Part shown: positions 10,356 through 18,314 of the stretch, piece by piece
How the letters are laid out: each line of letters begins with the position of its first letter
Numbering within the stretch: position 1 is the first letter of the stretch
NCBI GenBank assembly: GCA_038888155.1
Contig: JAWAJB010000001.1
Location: 384,001 to 448,000 of the forward strand
Length of the DNA stretch: 64,000 nucleotides
DNA from: Desulfurococcaceae archaeon
GTDB taxonomy: Archaea > Thermoproteota > Thermoprotei_A > Sulfolobales > Desulfurococcaceae
Reading direction: 5' to 3'
Notes under the pieces: model-generated
Seen by the model: only the letters and a program-made list of their open reading frames with translations
The model's database searches: none
What the model was told of the DNA's origin: nothing
Made by a program: the position numbers and the translations under genes

Positions 10356-11561
10356 GTGAAACCCCTCGGCGAGGGGGAAGTCCTCCTCTGGGATACTAAC
10401 GGTACATACAAGCTGAGAGTGAACTGCAACGGAGAGAGCCTCTCTAAGTTGCCCTGTGGTACGCTCGTTGAACTAACGGGCTCGATTAGTCCTAAAGGCC
10501 TGTGCGTTGATAACATCGAGGTGCTACACTCTCCTCTAAACGAAGAGGTAGCGTGCATACAGGACTTGCCAGATAACCCAATGGACTACGTCTCTAGGTA
10601 CTACCTATACGTGAGGCACCCCAAGTTAGCGAGGAGCGTTAAGACTTACTTCTACGTAGTGGACTACATGAGAAGGTACCTCGTTAAGCACGGATTTATA
10701 GAGTTACCCAGCGTGATTGTTGGTTACGCGAGCGATCCAGGGCTACGCGGTGCGTCGAAGATATCGGTAGATCTCTACGGCAAGAGGCTTGAGCTCCAGA
10801 GCAGCATGATTATGTACAAACAGCTCTACGCAAGCGTCTTTGATAAAGTATTTTACGCTGCGAGAAACCTCCGGCTGGAGCCCCCTGAAAACGCGCACAC
10901 AGGCAGGCACTTAACGGAGTTCACGCAAATCGATGTAGAGTGCGCAAACGTAAAGAGGGACGACGCGACTAAGCTAGCTGAGAGCATTATATACAGGTCA
11001 GTCAAGTGGATCCTAAGCAACCACATTGAAATTCTCGACGGAAGGGAAGCTGAGAGAGTTGAGAGAGAAATATCCAAGCCGCCGTATCCTAGGCTAACAT
11101 ACGAGGAGGCGCTTCTGAAGGTCAAAGCCCTAGGCTTAGAGGCTAGGTATGGTGAAGAGCTGAGCTTCAGGGCCGAAGTAGCTATTGCGGACAGCTATGG
11201 ATCGCCTGTTTGGATAGAGAGCTTCCCAGTTGAGAGCAGGGGCTTCTACTACCTCGAAGACGCTACTAGACCGGGACACAACATAGACTACAACCTACTG
11301 ATGCCAAGCGGCCATGGAGAAGTGCTAGACGGGGGATGTAGAGAGTACAGGTACGAGTACCTCTACAAGAGAATAGTGGATAGGCACAAGGAAAACCCTA
11401 CAAAATACGAGTGGTTTCTAGAGCTTGCTAAAGCTGGCCTCATTAGACCTACGTGCGGCTGGGGAATAGGAGTAGAGAGGCTTGTTAAGTACCTACAGGG
11501 ATTAAAGCACATCGCTTACGCTACACCGCACCCGAGGATACCTGGCCTTATAGGACCTTAG
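10356..11561 (+). CDS. Archaeal asparagine synthetase (AsnRS-like, class II aaRS fold) with a degenerate N-terminal OB-like domain; true 5' end probably upstream (frame open from 10239)
   Basis: DPGLRGA, RNLRLE, TGRHLTEFTQIDVE, GEVLDGG and GWGIGVERL motifs; upstream in-frame sequence reads ...ERVAIRGWVK, like the first OB strand of Asx-tRNA synthetases. Confidence 0.8.
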   Translation: MKPLGEGEVLLWDTNGTYKLRVNCNGESLSKLPCGTLVELTGSISPKGLCVDNIEVLHSPLNEEVACIQDLPDNPMDYVSRYYLYVRHPKLARSVKTYFYVVDYMRRYLVKHGFIELPSVIVGYASDPGLRGASKISVDLYGKRLELQSSMIMYKQLYASVFDKVFYAARNLRLEPPENAHTGRHLTEFTQIDVECANVKRDDATKLAESIIYRSVKWILSNHIEILDGREAERVEREISKPPYPRLTYEEALLKVKALGLEARYGEELSFRAEVAIADSYGSPVWIESFPVESRGFYYLEDATRPGHNIDYNLLMPSGHGEVLDGGCREYRYEYLYKRIVDRHKENPTKYEWFLELAKAGLIRPTCGWGIGVERLVKYLQGLKHIAYATPHPRIPGLIGP

Positions 11562-11613
11562 TGCAAAGTTAATACCCCCATTGCTTAATTTTTTACAGGC
11601 AACGGTGTCACCT

Positions 11614-12882
11614 TTGCTCGACCCCGAAGAAGTTAGAAAGGACTTCCCAATACTCGATAGAGTTATCAACAAGAAAAAGCTAGTCTACTTTGATAACGCT
11701 GCAACAACACACAAGCCAGTCCAAGTCATCAAAGCTATGGAAGAGTTCTACGGCAAGCACAACGCAAATATTCACCGTGGGCTACATACTTTAAGCCAGG
11801 AAGCCAGCCAAATGTATGAGGATGCACACGAAATTGTAGCTAAGTTCATAAACGCCTACTCCTGGAGGGAAGTGATATTCGTTAACAACACTACAGAGGC
11901 ATTAAATACTGTTGCTTATGGCTGGGCGCTTTGGAAGCTCAAGGAAGGCGATGAAGTGGTTGTAACTATAATGGATCACCACAGTAACATGCTCCCGTGG
12001 AGGATGATTGCCCAGTTGAGAAATGCCAAGGTCAGGTATATAGATATAACCGATGAGGGCTACTTAAGGTATGATCAGCTGGAAGAAGTCTTAAACGAGA
12101 AGACAAGAGTTGTCGCCTTTCCCATTGCAAGCAATGTCCTGGGGACAATCAACGACGCTAAGAGAATAGCCAAGATAGCACACGAGGTAGGTGCTATAGT
12201 TGTAGCCGACGGCGCTCAAAGCGTACCTCACCTGCCAACAAACGTAAGGGAGCTGGGGGTTGATTTCATAGCTTTCAGCGGCCATAAAATGCTTGGTCCC
12301 ACGGGGACGGGCGTGCTCTGGGGGAGAGCCGAGGTACTCGAGGAGATGAAGCCGTTCAAGGTAGGGGGAGATACAATAAAGGACGTAACTGTTGACAGCG
12401 TTGTGTGGCACGATTTGCCGTGGAGATTTGAGGCTGGCACACCTAATATAGCTGGAGGAGTGGGGTTGGCCGAAGCTGTCAAGTACCTTTCAAGGATAGG
12501 CATAGAGCGTGTTAGGGAGCACGAAGTAGAGTTAGTGAGGTACACGCTAAAGAGGTTCGAGGAACTAGCTAGCGAGATAACCTACTACGGTCCTCGAAGC
12601 CCATCTGATAAAACAGGGGTTGTCTCCTTCAACATTAAGTCTATGAACCACCACGTAGCGGGAGCAGCCCTTGACCTATTTGGAATAGCTGTTAGAAGTG
12701 GCATGCACTGTGCACATCCACTACATTACAGGCTTGGACTAAATGGCACAGTTAGGGCAAGCTACTACTTGTACAATACATTCGAGGAAGTGGACTACTT
12801 CATTGATGCGCTTGAAAAAATAGTAATGCTCAAGGACACTTTTACTAAGGAAAAACCGGATAAGCTGTGTACAGGGACATGA
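11614..12882 (+). CDS. sufS: Cysteine desulfurase, SufS type
   Basis: YFDNAATTHKP, NIHRG, FSGHKMLGPTG, EAGTP and RSGMHCA motifs; start placed at the TTG after an SD-like GGTG. Confidence 0.92.
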   Translation: MLDPEEVRKDFPILDRVINKKKLVYFDNAATTHKPVQVIKAMEEFYGKHNANIHRGLHTLSQEASQMYEDAHEIVAKFINAYSWREVIFVNNTTEALNTVAYGWALWKLKEGDEVVVTIMDHHSNMLPWRMIAQLRNAKVRYIDITDEGYLRYDQLEEVLNEKTRVVAFPIASNVLGTINDAKRIAKIAHEVGAIVVADGAQSVPHLPTNVRELGVDFIAFSGHKMLGPTGTGVLWGRAEVLEEMKPFKVGGDTIKDVTVDSVVWHDLPWRFEAGTPNIAGGVGLAEAVKYLSRIGIERVREHEVELVRYTLKRFEELASEITYYGPRSPSDKTGVVSFNIKSMNHHVAGAALDLFGIAVRSGMHCAHPLHYRLGLNGTVRASYYLYNTFEEVDYFIDALEKIVMLKDTFTKEKPDKLCTGT

Positions 12883-12971
12883 AGTTAAGTTGCTATTTTA
12901 AGAGGACAAAAATTGAATTGAAAAATGTATTATACTCTACGGACACGGTGTAAAGCTCCGAGCGTTATTCT

Positions 12972-13139
12972 TTATTTCGCAGGTCCTAGTATTCTTGCAA
13001 ACTTCTTGCCAGTGTATGGGCTCGTTGCAAAGGCGATTTTTATTTTTCCTCTCTTAGTCTCCTTAACTACTACCTCGTATTTATCTGTCTCAAAGTATTG
13101 CTTTGCTTTTAAATCGAAGAACTTTAGTTTCTCAGGCAT
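12972..13139 (-). CDS. cc1: Crenarchaeal chromatin protein CC1 (55 aa, absent from the ORF track)
   Basis: Translates to MPEKLKFFDLKAKQYFETDKYEVVVKETKRGKIKIAFATSPYTGKKFARILGPAK, matching the CC1 pattern LKFxDxKAKQxFETDxYEV...SPYTG; SD-like GAGG upstream and T-tracts downstream. Confidence 0.9.
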   Translation of the reverse strand: MPEKLKFFDLKAKQYFETDKYEVVVKETKRGKIKIAFATSPYTGKKFARILGPAK

Positions 13140-13451
13140 TTTTCCAACCTCTATCGGATATTATTTTTTGCTGTCTACGTTTATAAACTTTATTTTTTGT
13201 TAGCATGTTAACTATGTACACACTTTAATATAAAAAATTATAGAAAAGTAATAACATTTAATATTGGATAAACTCAATCATCATAACTAGATCTCGTACG
13301 TGTAAAAAGATATCTCATATGTGGAAATTTGTTTAATTTCATTTTAATAATAGCTATGATCTGTCATGCTTTTAGCGTGGAGCTGAAATCGCCCCTTAGA
13401 GTTTGTATAATGTACCTAGACGTATTTAGCTTAAAGGGCCAATAGGTTAAC

Positions 13452-14000
13452 TCAACTTAAGTTAGTAAGAGGCTCATAAGCAGCTTTTTTTCGGCCTAAA
13501 ATGCCGCAGGTCCCGAAGTAGTCGTAAATTACTACGGAGTACTTTACCCGTCCGTCCTTGGCCTTCTCCAGTGTAGCCCTTACTTCTTTGCACTTATCTA
13601 GTGGGGCATCTCTCTCGCTGCACAAGTAGTCCAGAGCCTCTATGAAGTCCAGTATGAGCCCTTCTACTGTTGTAATGAACCCCTGCGAGTACGCGCCCGG
13701 CTCAACTGCTAGCCCTAGCTCTGGGATCTCTAGTTTACAAGCGGAGCTCCTAATTAGAATTGCATTTTCATCCCCTGGTTCTTCAACAACGTACGTAATT
13801 TTCCTTGGATCGCCCGTCTGTAAAACCTCTACATCTCTTCTCCTGAACCCGCACTTGCTGCACTCCGCAACAGATATTAGAACTTCCCCGTAGTGAGGAA
13901 TGCTGTGCTTGAACTCTCTTACTAGCATGGCGCTATTGCAGTTTGGACAACTGACTTCGAACTCCCCGATCTTCACGGGCTGTTTGCTCTCTGCATTCAT
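13452..14000 (-). CDS. ZPR1 zinc-finger domain protein
   Basis: CPNC...IPHYGEV...CSKCGFR, IPELG and GFITTVEG motifs. Confidence 0.92.
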   Translation of the reverse strand: MNAESKQPVKIGEFEVSCPNCNSAMLVREFKHSIPHYGEVLISVAECSKCGFRRRDVEVLQTGDPRKITYVVEEPGDENAILIRSSACKLEIPELGLAVEPGAYSQGFITTVEGLILDFIEALDYLCSERDAPLDKCKEVRATLEKAKDGRVKYSVVIYDYFGTCGILGRKKAAYEPLTNLS

Positions 14001-14030
14001 ACTACATGCCCCTGCGTACTCACTATTTTC

Positions 14031-14927
14031 TCAGCTCGCTATATTACTTCTCAGTAGCGTAAGGTGAGATCCGTCGCAGCTTGGTGCCTGAGGGAAATTT
14101 GTCCTGAGCCCCTCTCTGCAGGTAGCAATCGTCAGGTTGTACTTCAATGCGTAGTCAATAACTGGCTGCAGCAACTTGCGCCTAAGCCTTACCGGTAAGT
14201 AAAAATATCCGTGAAAGACCTTGCCTTTCTCAACGTAAAGCTTCTCTAATTTCCTATAGACGTCTGGGAGCGCGACGCTGAGTCTCTTTAAGCTGTCGGG
14301 TTTAGCCTTATAAGTTGAAGTCACTACGTGAAGGGCTCCAGCCTCTTTTGCCCTGCCAATGAGGTCTTCTAAGCAGTAGCTATCTTCATTTACGAGCGGT
14401 ATAATAGGATCTATTCTTAAGCCAACGGGTACACCTATGCGGCTTAACTTGCGCAGGGCATCTAGCCTCTCAGCGGGCGATGGAGCGTTGGGTTCTATTG
14501 CTCTAGCCAGCCCCTCGTCAAGAGTAGTAATAGTGAGCATGACTGCAGACTTAGTTTTTGCCAGTATGTCAGCATCCCTCGTTAAGCTACTGGACTTAGT
14601 CGTAATCAGTATTTTTAGATTTCGCCTCGAGATTAGCTGGAGGGCCTCTCTAGTTAAGCCGAGCTTTTCTTCAATAGGCGGGTAGGGATCGCTGCTTGTG
14701 CTGAGCTCTACGATGCTGTTTTCCTCGAGCTTTCCTAGATCTCTAGCCAATTTTTGGAGGAACATTTCTTTGGGCTTGCTATCCCTTGCCCGTATGTAAG
14801 ATGTCGCGTAACAGTACAAGCAGGAGTGACTGCACCCAGTGTATGGATGTAAGCTGTACTTCCTAGGACACGTACACAGAGGAGACTTCCACGGATCAAA
14901 CTCCCGTATAACCCCCAGTGCCCCCAA
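14031..14927 (-). CDS. Radical SAM protein (spore photoproduct lyase/COG1533-like)
   Basis: HPYTGCSHSCLYCYA (CxxxCxxC), SSDPYPP, ITTKS, IEPNAP; start moved to TTG 14927 (SD GGGAG) because the ORF-track extension runs through an H/ACA RNA. Confidence 0.85.
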   Translation of the reverse strand: MGALGVIREFDPWKSPLCTCPRKYSLHPYTGCSHSCLYCYATSYIRARDSKPKEMFLQKLARDLGKLEENSIVELSTSSDPYPPIEEKLGLTREALQLISRRNLKILITTKSSSLTRDADILAKTKSAVMLTITTLDEGLARAIEPNAPSPAERLDALRKLSRIGVPVGLRIDPIIPLVNEDSYCLEDLIGRAKEAGALHVVTSTYKAKPDSLKRLSVALPDVYRKLEKLYVEKGKVFHGYFYLPVRLRRKLLQPVIDYALKYNLTIATCREGLRTNFPQAPSCDGSHLTLLRSNIAS

Positions 14928-14949
14928 GTTAAGTCTCCCTACAATAAAG

Positions 14950-15028
14950 TGCTGTACCCCGCCCGACCGACCTCTCTCATCTTCATCTCCCAGTAAGGGA
15001 TTTCGAAGAGGTGTGAGGGAGCGGGGCT
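14950..15028 (-). ncRNA. Box H/ACA pseudouridylation guide RNA
   Basis: Lower stem GCCCCGCTC/GGGCGGGGT, pocket CCTCAC/CGGTC, upper stem ACCTCT/AGAGGT, K-turn-like TCGA...GATGA, apical TCCC/GGGA hairpin, ACA box 14 nt after the upper stem. Confidence 0.85.
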
Positions 15029-15100
15029 GTGAATATGTCACTGTACACGCCTAATAAAGCTTTAAAGCTAATTTGGGGATATTTGGTGCGCGGGAGGTTT

Positions 15101-15706
15101 TTGGTTTCAGGCTTAACTAAAGACGCTATGGTCCAAATAGTTGACTACGTTTACAAAGCCATAGAGCTAATTAGCGAGGCTGAAAAAGAGGAGATGCTCA
15201 GCTCGCTACTTGAAGCACAAAGCGAGAGGAAGAGAATTTTTGTTGTGGGAGCCGGTAGAAGCGGGCTCGTAGTAAAGGCTTTTGCAATGAGGTTAATGCA
15301 CATGGGCTTCGATGTATACGTAATAGGTGAAACAATAATGCCCCCTATGAAGCCAGGGGATATTTTGATAGCAGTCTCCGGCTCGGGCAGAACGAGAACT
15401 GTTATAACTGTTGCCGAAGTCGCTAAGTCAATTAACGCGAAGGTCATAGCTATTACAAGCTACGCGGACAGCCCCTTAGCTAAACTAGCAGATGTCATCC
15501 TGAGAATTCCAGGCAGGACTAAGCTAGCCGTAGAAGAGGACTACATAGTTAGGCAGGTTAGAGGGGTTCACGAGCCATTAGCGCCGCTTGGAACGCTCTT
15601 TGAGATCACAACAATGATATTCCTAGACGGCATAGTAGCAGAGCTAATGCACAAGTTAAATATAACAGAGGAAGATCTTAGGGAGAGGCACAGCAACATA
15701 GAGTAG
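15101..15706 (+). CDS. hxlB: 6-phospho-3-hexuloisomerase (SIS domain)
   Basis: VVGAGRSG, FAMRLMHMG, GETI, SGSGRT, PLGTLFE and RHSNIE motifs; start at the TTG after GGAGG. Confidence 0.9.
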   Translation: MVSGLTKDAMVQIVDYVYKAIELISEAEKEEMLSSLLEAQSERKRIFVVGAGRSGLVVKAFAMRLMHMGFDVYVIGETIMPPMKPGDILIAVSGSGRTRTVITVAEVAKSINAKVIAITSYADSPLAKLADVILRIPGRTKLAVEEDYIVRQVRGVHEPLAPLGTLFEITTMIFLDGIVAELMHKLNITEEDLRERHSNIE

Positions 15707-15765
15707 GGGTTGGATTGCAAATAAGCAACGAGAGTTCGCTCTCTACTGCTAGCTAGGGCCAATAC

Positions 15766-16752
15766 TTGAGGACGTGTGCGTTGTGGAGTGATCAAAGGGG
15801 CGCTAAGCTCTTCCGATCTCTCGCAGAGTTGTTGTCCCTTGCGCTTATCCTTGAGGCATCAGGATACCCAAAGCCAGGGAACGTGCATAGGATCTCAGAT
15901 GGAGCAGGTCTCAGGTACGAAGCTTTTCTAGCAACAGGAGTTTTCGCTCTTAAATACTTTGAGCTGGGCATTAAGCGGGGTTATAGGGGGGTTGGCAAAT
16001 TAACAGTAGGCGACTTGATATACGGTCTAGTCAGCGAGGTAATTAGCAGGACAAAGTCCAGTAACACCTGTTTAGGCTCCTCGTTGCTTCTCTCCCTCAT
16101 GAGCGTTTCTCTGGGCAAGTGCATTAAATGCAGGCCTAGAGGATTGGAGGACTTAGTTGCTGCGTCAAGGGAAATAGTTGAACTGACTACAGAGTGGGAT
16201 GCTGTGTACTACTACAGAGCGATTAGGAGAGCTAGCCCAAGCTATATCAAGCCAGAGGACAATACAGCTGAGTACGTCAATGTGTGGGACCGCGCTTACA
16301 GAAAGCACTTAGTTGAGAAGAGGCAACGCCTCGTAGATGTGTTGAGGTACAGCTCGAAATTTGATGTCGTCGCTAGGGAAGCAGTAAGCGGGTTCGCTCA
16401 GGGGTTAACTTACGAGGAATTCCTCCGCCAAAGGTTGCTTTCCCACGGGGATATCAACAGAGCTATCGTAGAAACATACCTCTACATTTTATCTTTGAAT
16501 ATAGACACAGTAGTTCTACTCAAGCACGGGGAGCGAGTGGCTACAGAGATCTCGAGAAAGGCCAAACAAGTGCTCGACAATCTCGTTAAAGCCAGCGAGA
16601 ACTGGATGCCCCCAGTGTTAGAGCTCGACGTAGAGCTACGGAGTAGAGGCGTAAATCCAGGGGCAGTAGCCGACATCGTTGCTGAAACAATTGCGCTACA
16701 TTTAATAAGGAATGTACTTGAGGGAAGAGAGCCGCTAGAGCTATCTCACTAG
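15766..16752 (+). CDS. CitG family (triphosphoribosyl-dephospho-CoA synthase-like) protein
   Basis: LEASGYPKPGNVHR, NTCLG, DTVVLLKHG and NPGAVAD motifs. Confidence 0.85.
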   Translation: MRTCALWSDQRGAKLFRSLAELLSLALILEASGYPKPGNVHRISDGAGLRYEAFLATGVFALKYFELGIKRGYRGVGKLTVGDLIYGLVSEVISRTKSSNTCLGSSLLLSLMSVSLGKCIKCRPRGLEDLVAASREIVELTTEWDAVYYYRAIRRASPSYIKPEDNTAEYVNVWDRAYRKHLVEKRQRLVDVLRYSSKFDVVAREAVSGFAQGLTYEEFLRQRLLSHGDINRAIVETYLYILSLNIDTVVLLKHGERVATEISRKAKQVLDNLVKASENWMPPVLELDVELRSRGVNPGAVADIVAETIALHLIRNVLEGREPLELSH

Positions 16753-16753
16753 A

Positions 16754-17116
16754 TTAATCAACGTACTCCTTGATGTCTACCTCTTTTCCGCGCTTAACGA
16801 ACTTAAGTTTTATCTCTGGCCTTATATCTAGCCCTAGCGTATTAATAATATTGTAGACTAGGATCCCGTCTATAGAGCTAATAGCGTTGCTCTTGATGGC
16901 CTTATAGAGCTCTAGCAGTAGTGCTCTATATACATCTGGGTACTTGAGCTTGAGCTTCTCCATTAGCTCTACAGCTCTACTATCAGCTAGCCTAGAGAGG
17001 ACTGTCTTCTCTGCGTCCTCCTGGCTACTCCCTGTTTCTCGCGCTTTACTCGAAGTTCTTTCGAGGAGCTTCTTGTAGACCTTTAATTTAAGCGAGTTAG
17101 GTAGCTCGTCGCTCAC
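16754..17116 (-). CDS. PDCD5/TFAR19-like putative DNA-binding protein
   Basis: Small basic helical protein; RAVELMEK...YPDVY...IDG...LGLDIR pattern seen in crenarchaeal members. Confidence 0.55.
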   Translation of the reverse strand: MSDELPNSLKLKVYKKLLERTSSKARETGSSQEDAEKTVLSRLADSRAVELMEKLKLKYPDVYRALLLELYKAIKSNAISSIDGILVYNIINTLGLDIRPEIKLKFVKRGKEVDIKEYVD

Positions 17117-17311
17117 TTTCCACGAACCTCTTACCTTAAGTTTATAATCTAGCTATAGCGTTATAAACGCTATCTATTTAGCGCATCAACTAACGCGTAG
17201 CGCGCCTTTAGCGAAACAAAAAGCCGCCCCTTAGCTGAGCGGTTAAGGGCAAAGTATATAATAGCTAATAGCAATTGCAATAACTTCTAGGAGTATGCTT
17301 ATTTAGGGTGT

Positions 17312-18313
17312 ATAAATACGTTTGCTGTAGAGGCAAAGGACATAGCCAAGATCTATTCTGGGGGAATTAAAGCGCTCAATGGGGTTGACCTTAGGATCGA
17401 AGAGGGGGCGTCTCACGCAATACTAGGTCCAAACGGTGCAGGTAAAACTACTCTCATAAGGATCTTAACTACCCAGATTAAGCCTACGAGAGGCGAGGCG
17501 CGCGTATTTGGGTATAGCGTCGTGGATCAAGGGAATAGGGTAAGGGAGCTGATAGGCTATATCCCCCAGGAGATGAGCTTGTGGGCCGACTTAACGGGCT
17601 ACGAGAACATGGTTATTTACTCGAAGATATACGGCATTGAGCCGAGCAATAGAAGAGGCGTAATTGAAGAGCTCCTAGAGTTCATGGGCATACGCGAGGC
17701 CTCTAATAGGTTAGTCAGGACGTACTCTGGGGGCATGATTAGAAGGCTTGAGATAGCAATAGCCTTAATGCCCAAGCCCCGATTGCTGATACTCGACGAG
17801 CCTACAATAGGGTTGGACCCTTCTGCGAGGATGCTTGTGTGGGATAAGCTTCAGCTATATAAAAGGGACTACGGTGCTACAATTTTCTTCGCGACGCACT
17901 ACATGGACGAAGCAGATAGGTACGCAGATCGCGTCTCCCTAATAGATAGAGGTAAAATAGTTGAGGAGGGCACTCCCGCAGAGCTTAAGAGGCTTATTGA
18001 AGGCGATAGAATTAAGCTTAAAATAAGCGGTAGCGTTGAGAGGGCCAAGATGGTGCTACTTGAAATTACTAACGAGATCTCTGTAAGCGAGAACGGGGAA
18101 ATACAAATAGCCGTTAAAGACGCAGCTACAGCCTTTCCCGCTGTCATTGAGAGGCTACACAGTTGTGGGATCAACGTTTTAGAGGCTAGGGTTTTAGAGG
18201 CTACGCTTGATGACGTGTTCATAAGGCTTACGGGCAAGCGCATTGTTGAGGATGAGCGCGGAAAACTACGCGAGGTTTTATCTACCAGGAGAGCTATTAA
18301 GAGGGGCGGTTAA
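17312..18313 (+). CDS. ABC-2 (DrrA-like) exporter ATP-binding subunit; apparent non-canonical start
   Basis: Walker A GPNGAGKTT lies in frame upstream of the ORF-track start at 17522; YSGGM signature, LILDEPT, ATHYMDEA, C-terminal TLDDVFIRLTG. Confidence 0.85.
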   Translation: MNTFAVEAKDIAKIYSGGIKALNGVDLRIEEGASHAILGPNGAGKTTLIRILTTQIKPTRGEARVFGYSVVDQGNRVRELIGYIPQEMSLWADLTGYENMVIYSKIYGIEPSNRRGVIEELLEFMGIREASNRLVRTYSGGMIRRLEIAIALMPKPRLLILDEPTIGLDPSARMLVWDKLQLYKRDYGATIFFATHYMDEADRYADRVSLIDRGKIVEEGTPAELKRLIEGDRIKLKISGSVERAKMVLLEITNEISVSENGEIQIAVKDAATAFPAVIERLHSCGINVLEARVLEATLDDVFIRLTGKRIVEDERGKLREVLSTRRAIKRGG

Positions 18314-18314
18314 G

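Noticed and set aside
12925-13203. 92-aa plus-strand ORF
   Set aside because: Antisense shadow of cc1
13270-13290. Minus-strand ATGATGA C box
   Set aside because: No D' or D box at a suitable distance
14928-15100. ORF-track N-terminal extensions of the radical SAM gene and hxlB
   Set aside because: They overlap each other and the H/ACA RNA; SD-supported TTG starts exist at 14927 and 15101
17223-17250. GCCGCCCCTTAGCTGAGCGGTTAAGGGC as a split-tRNA 5' half
   Set aside because: No anticodon stem or complementary leader follows; it folds as a simple hairpin
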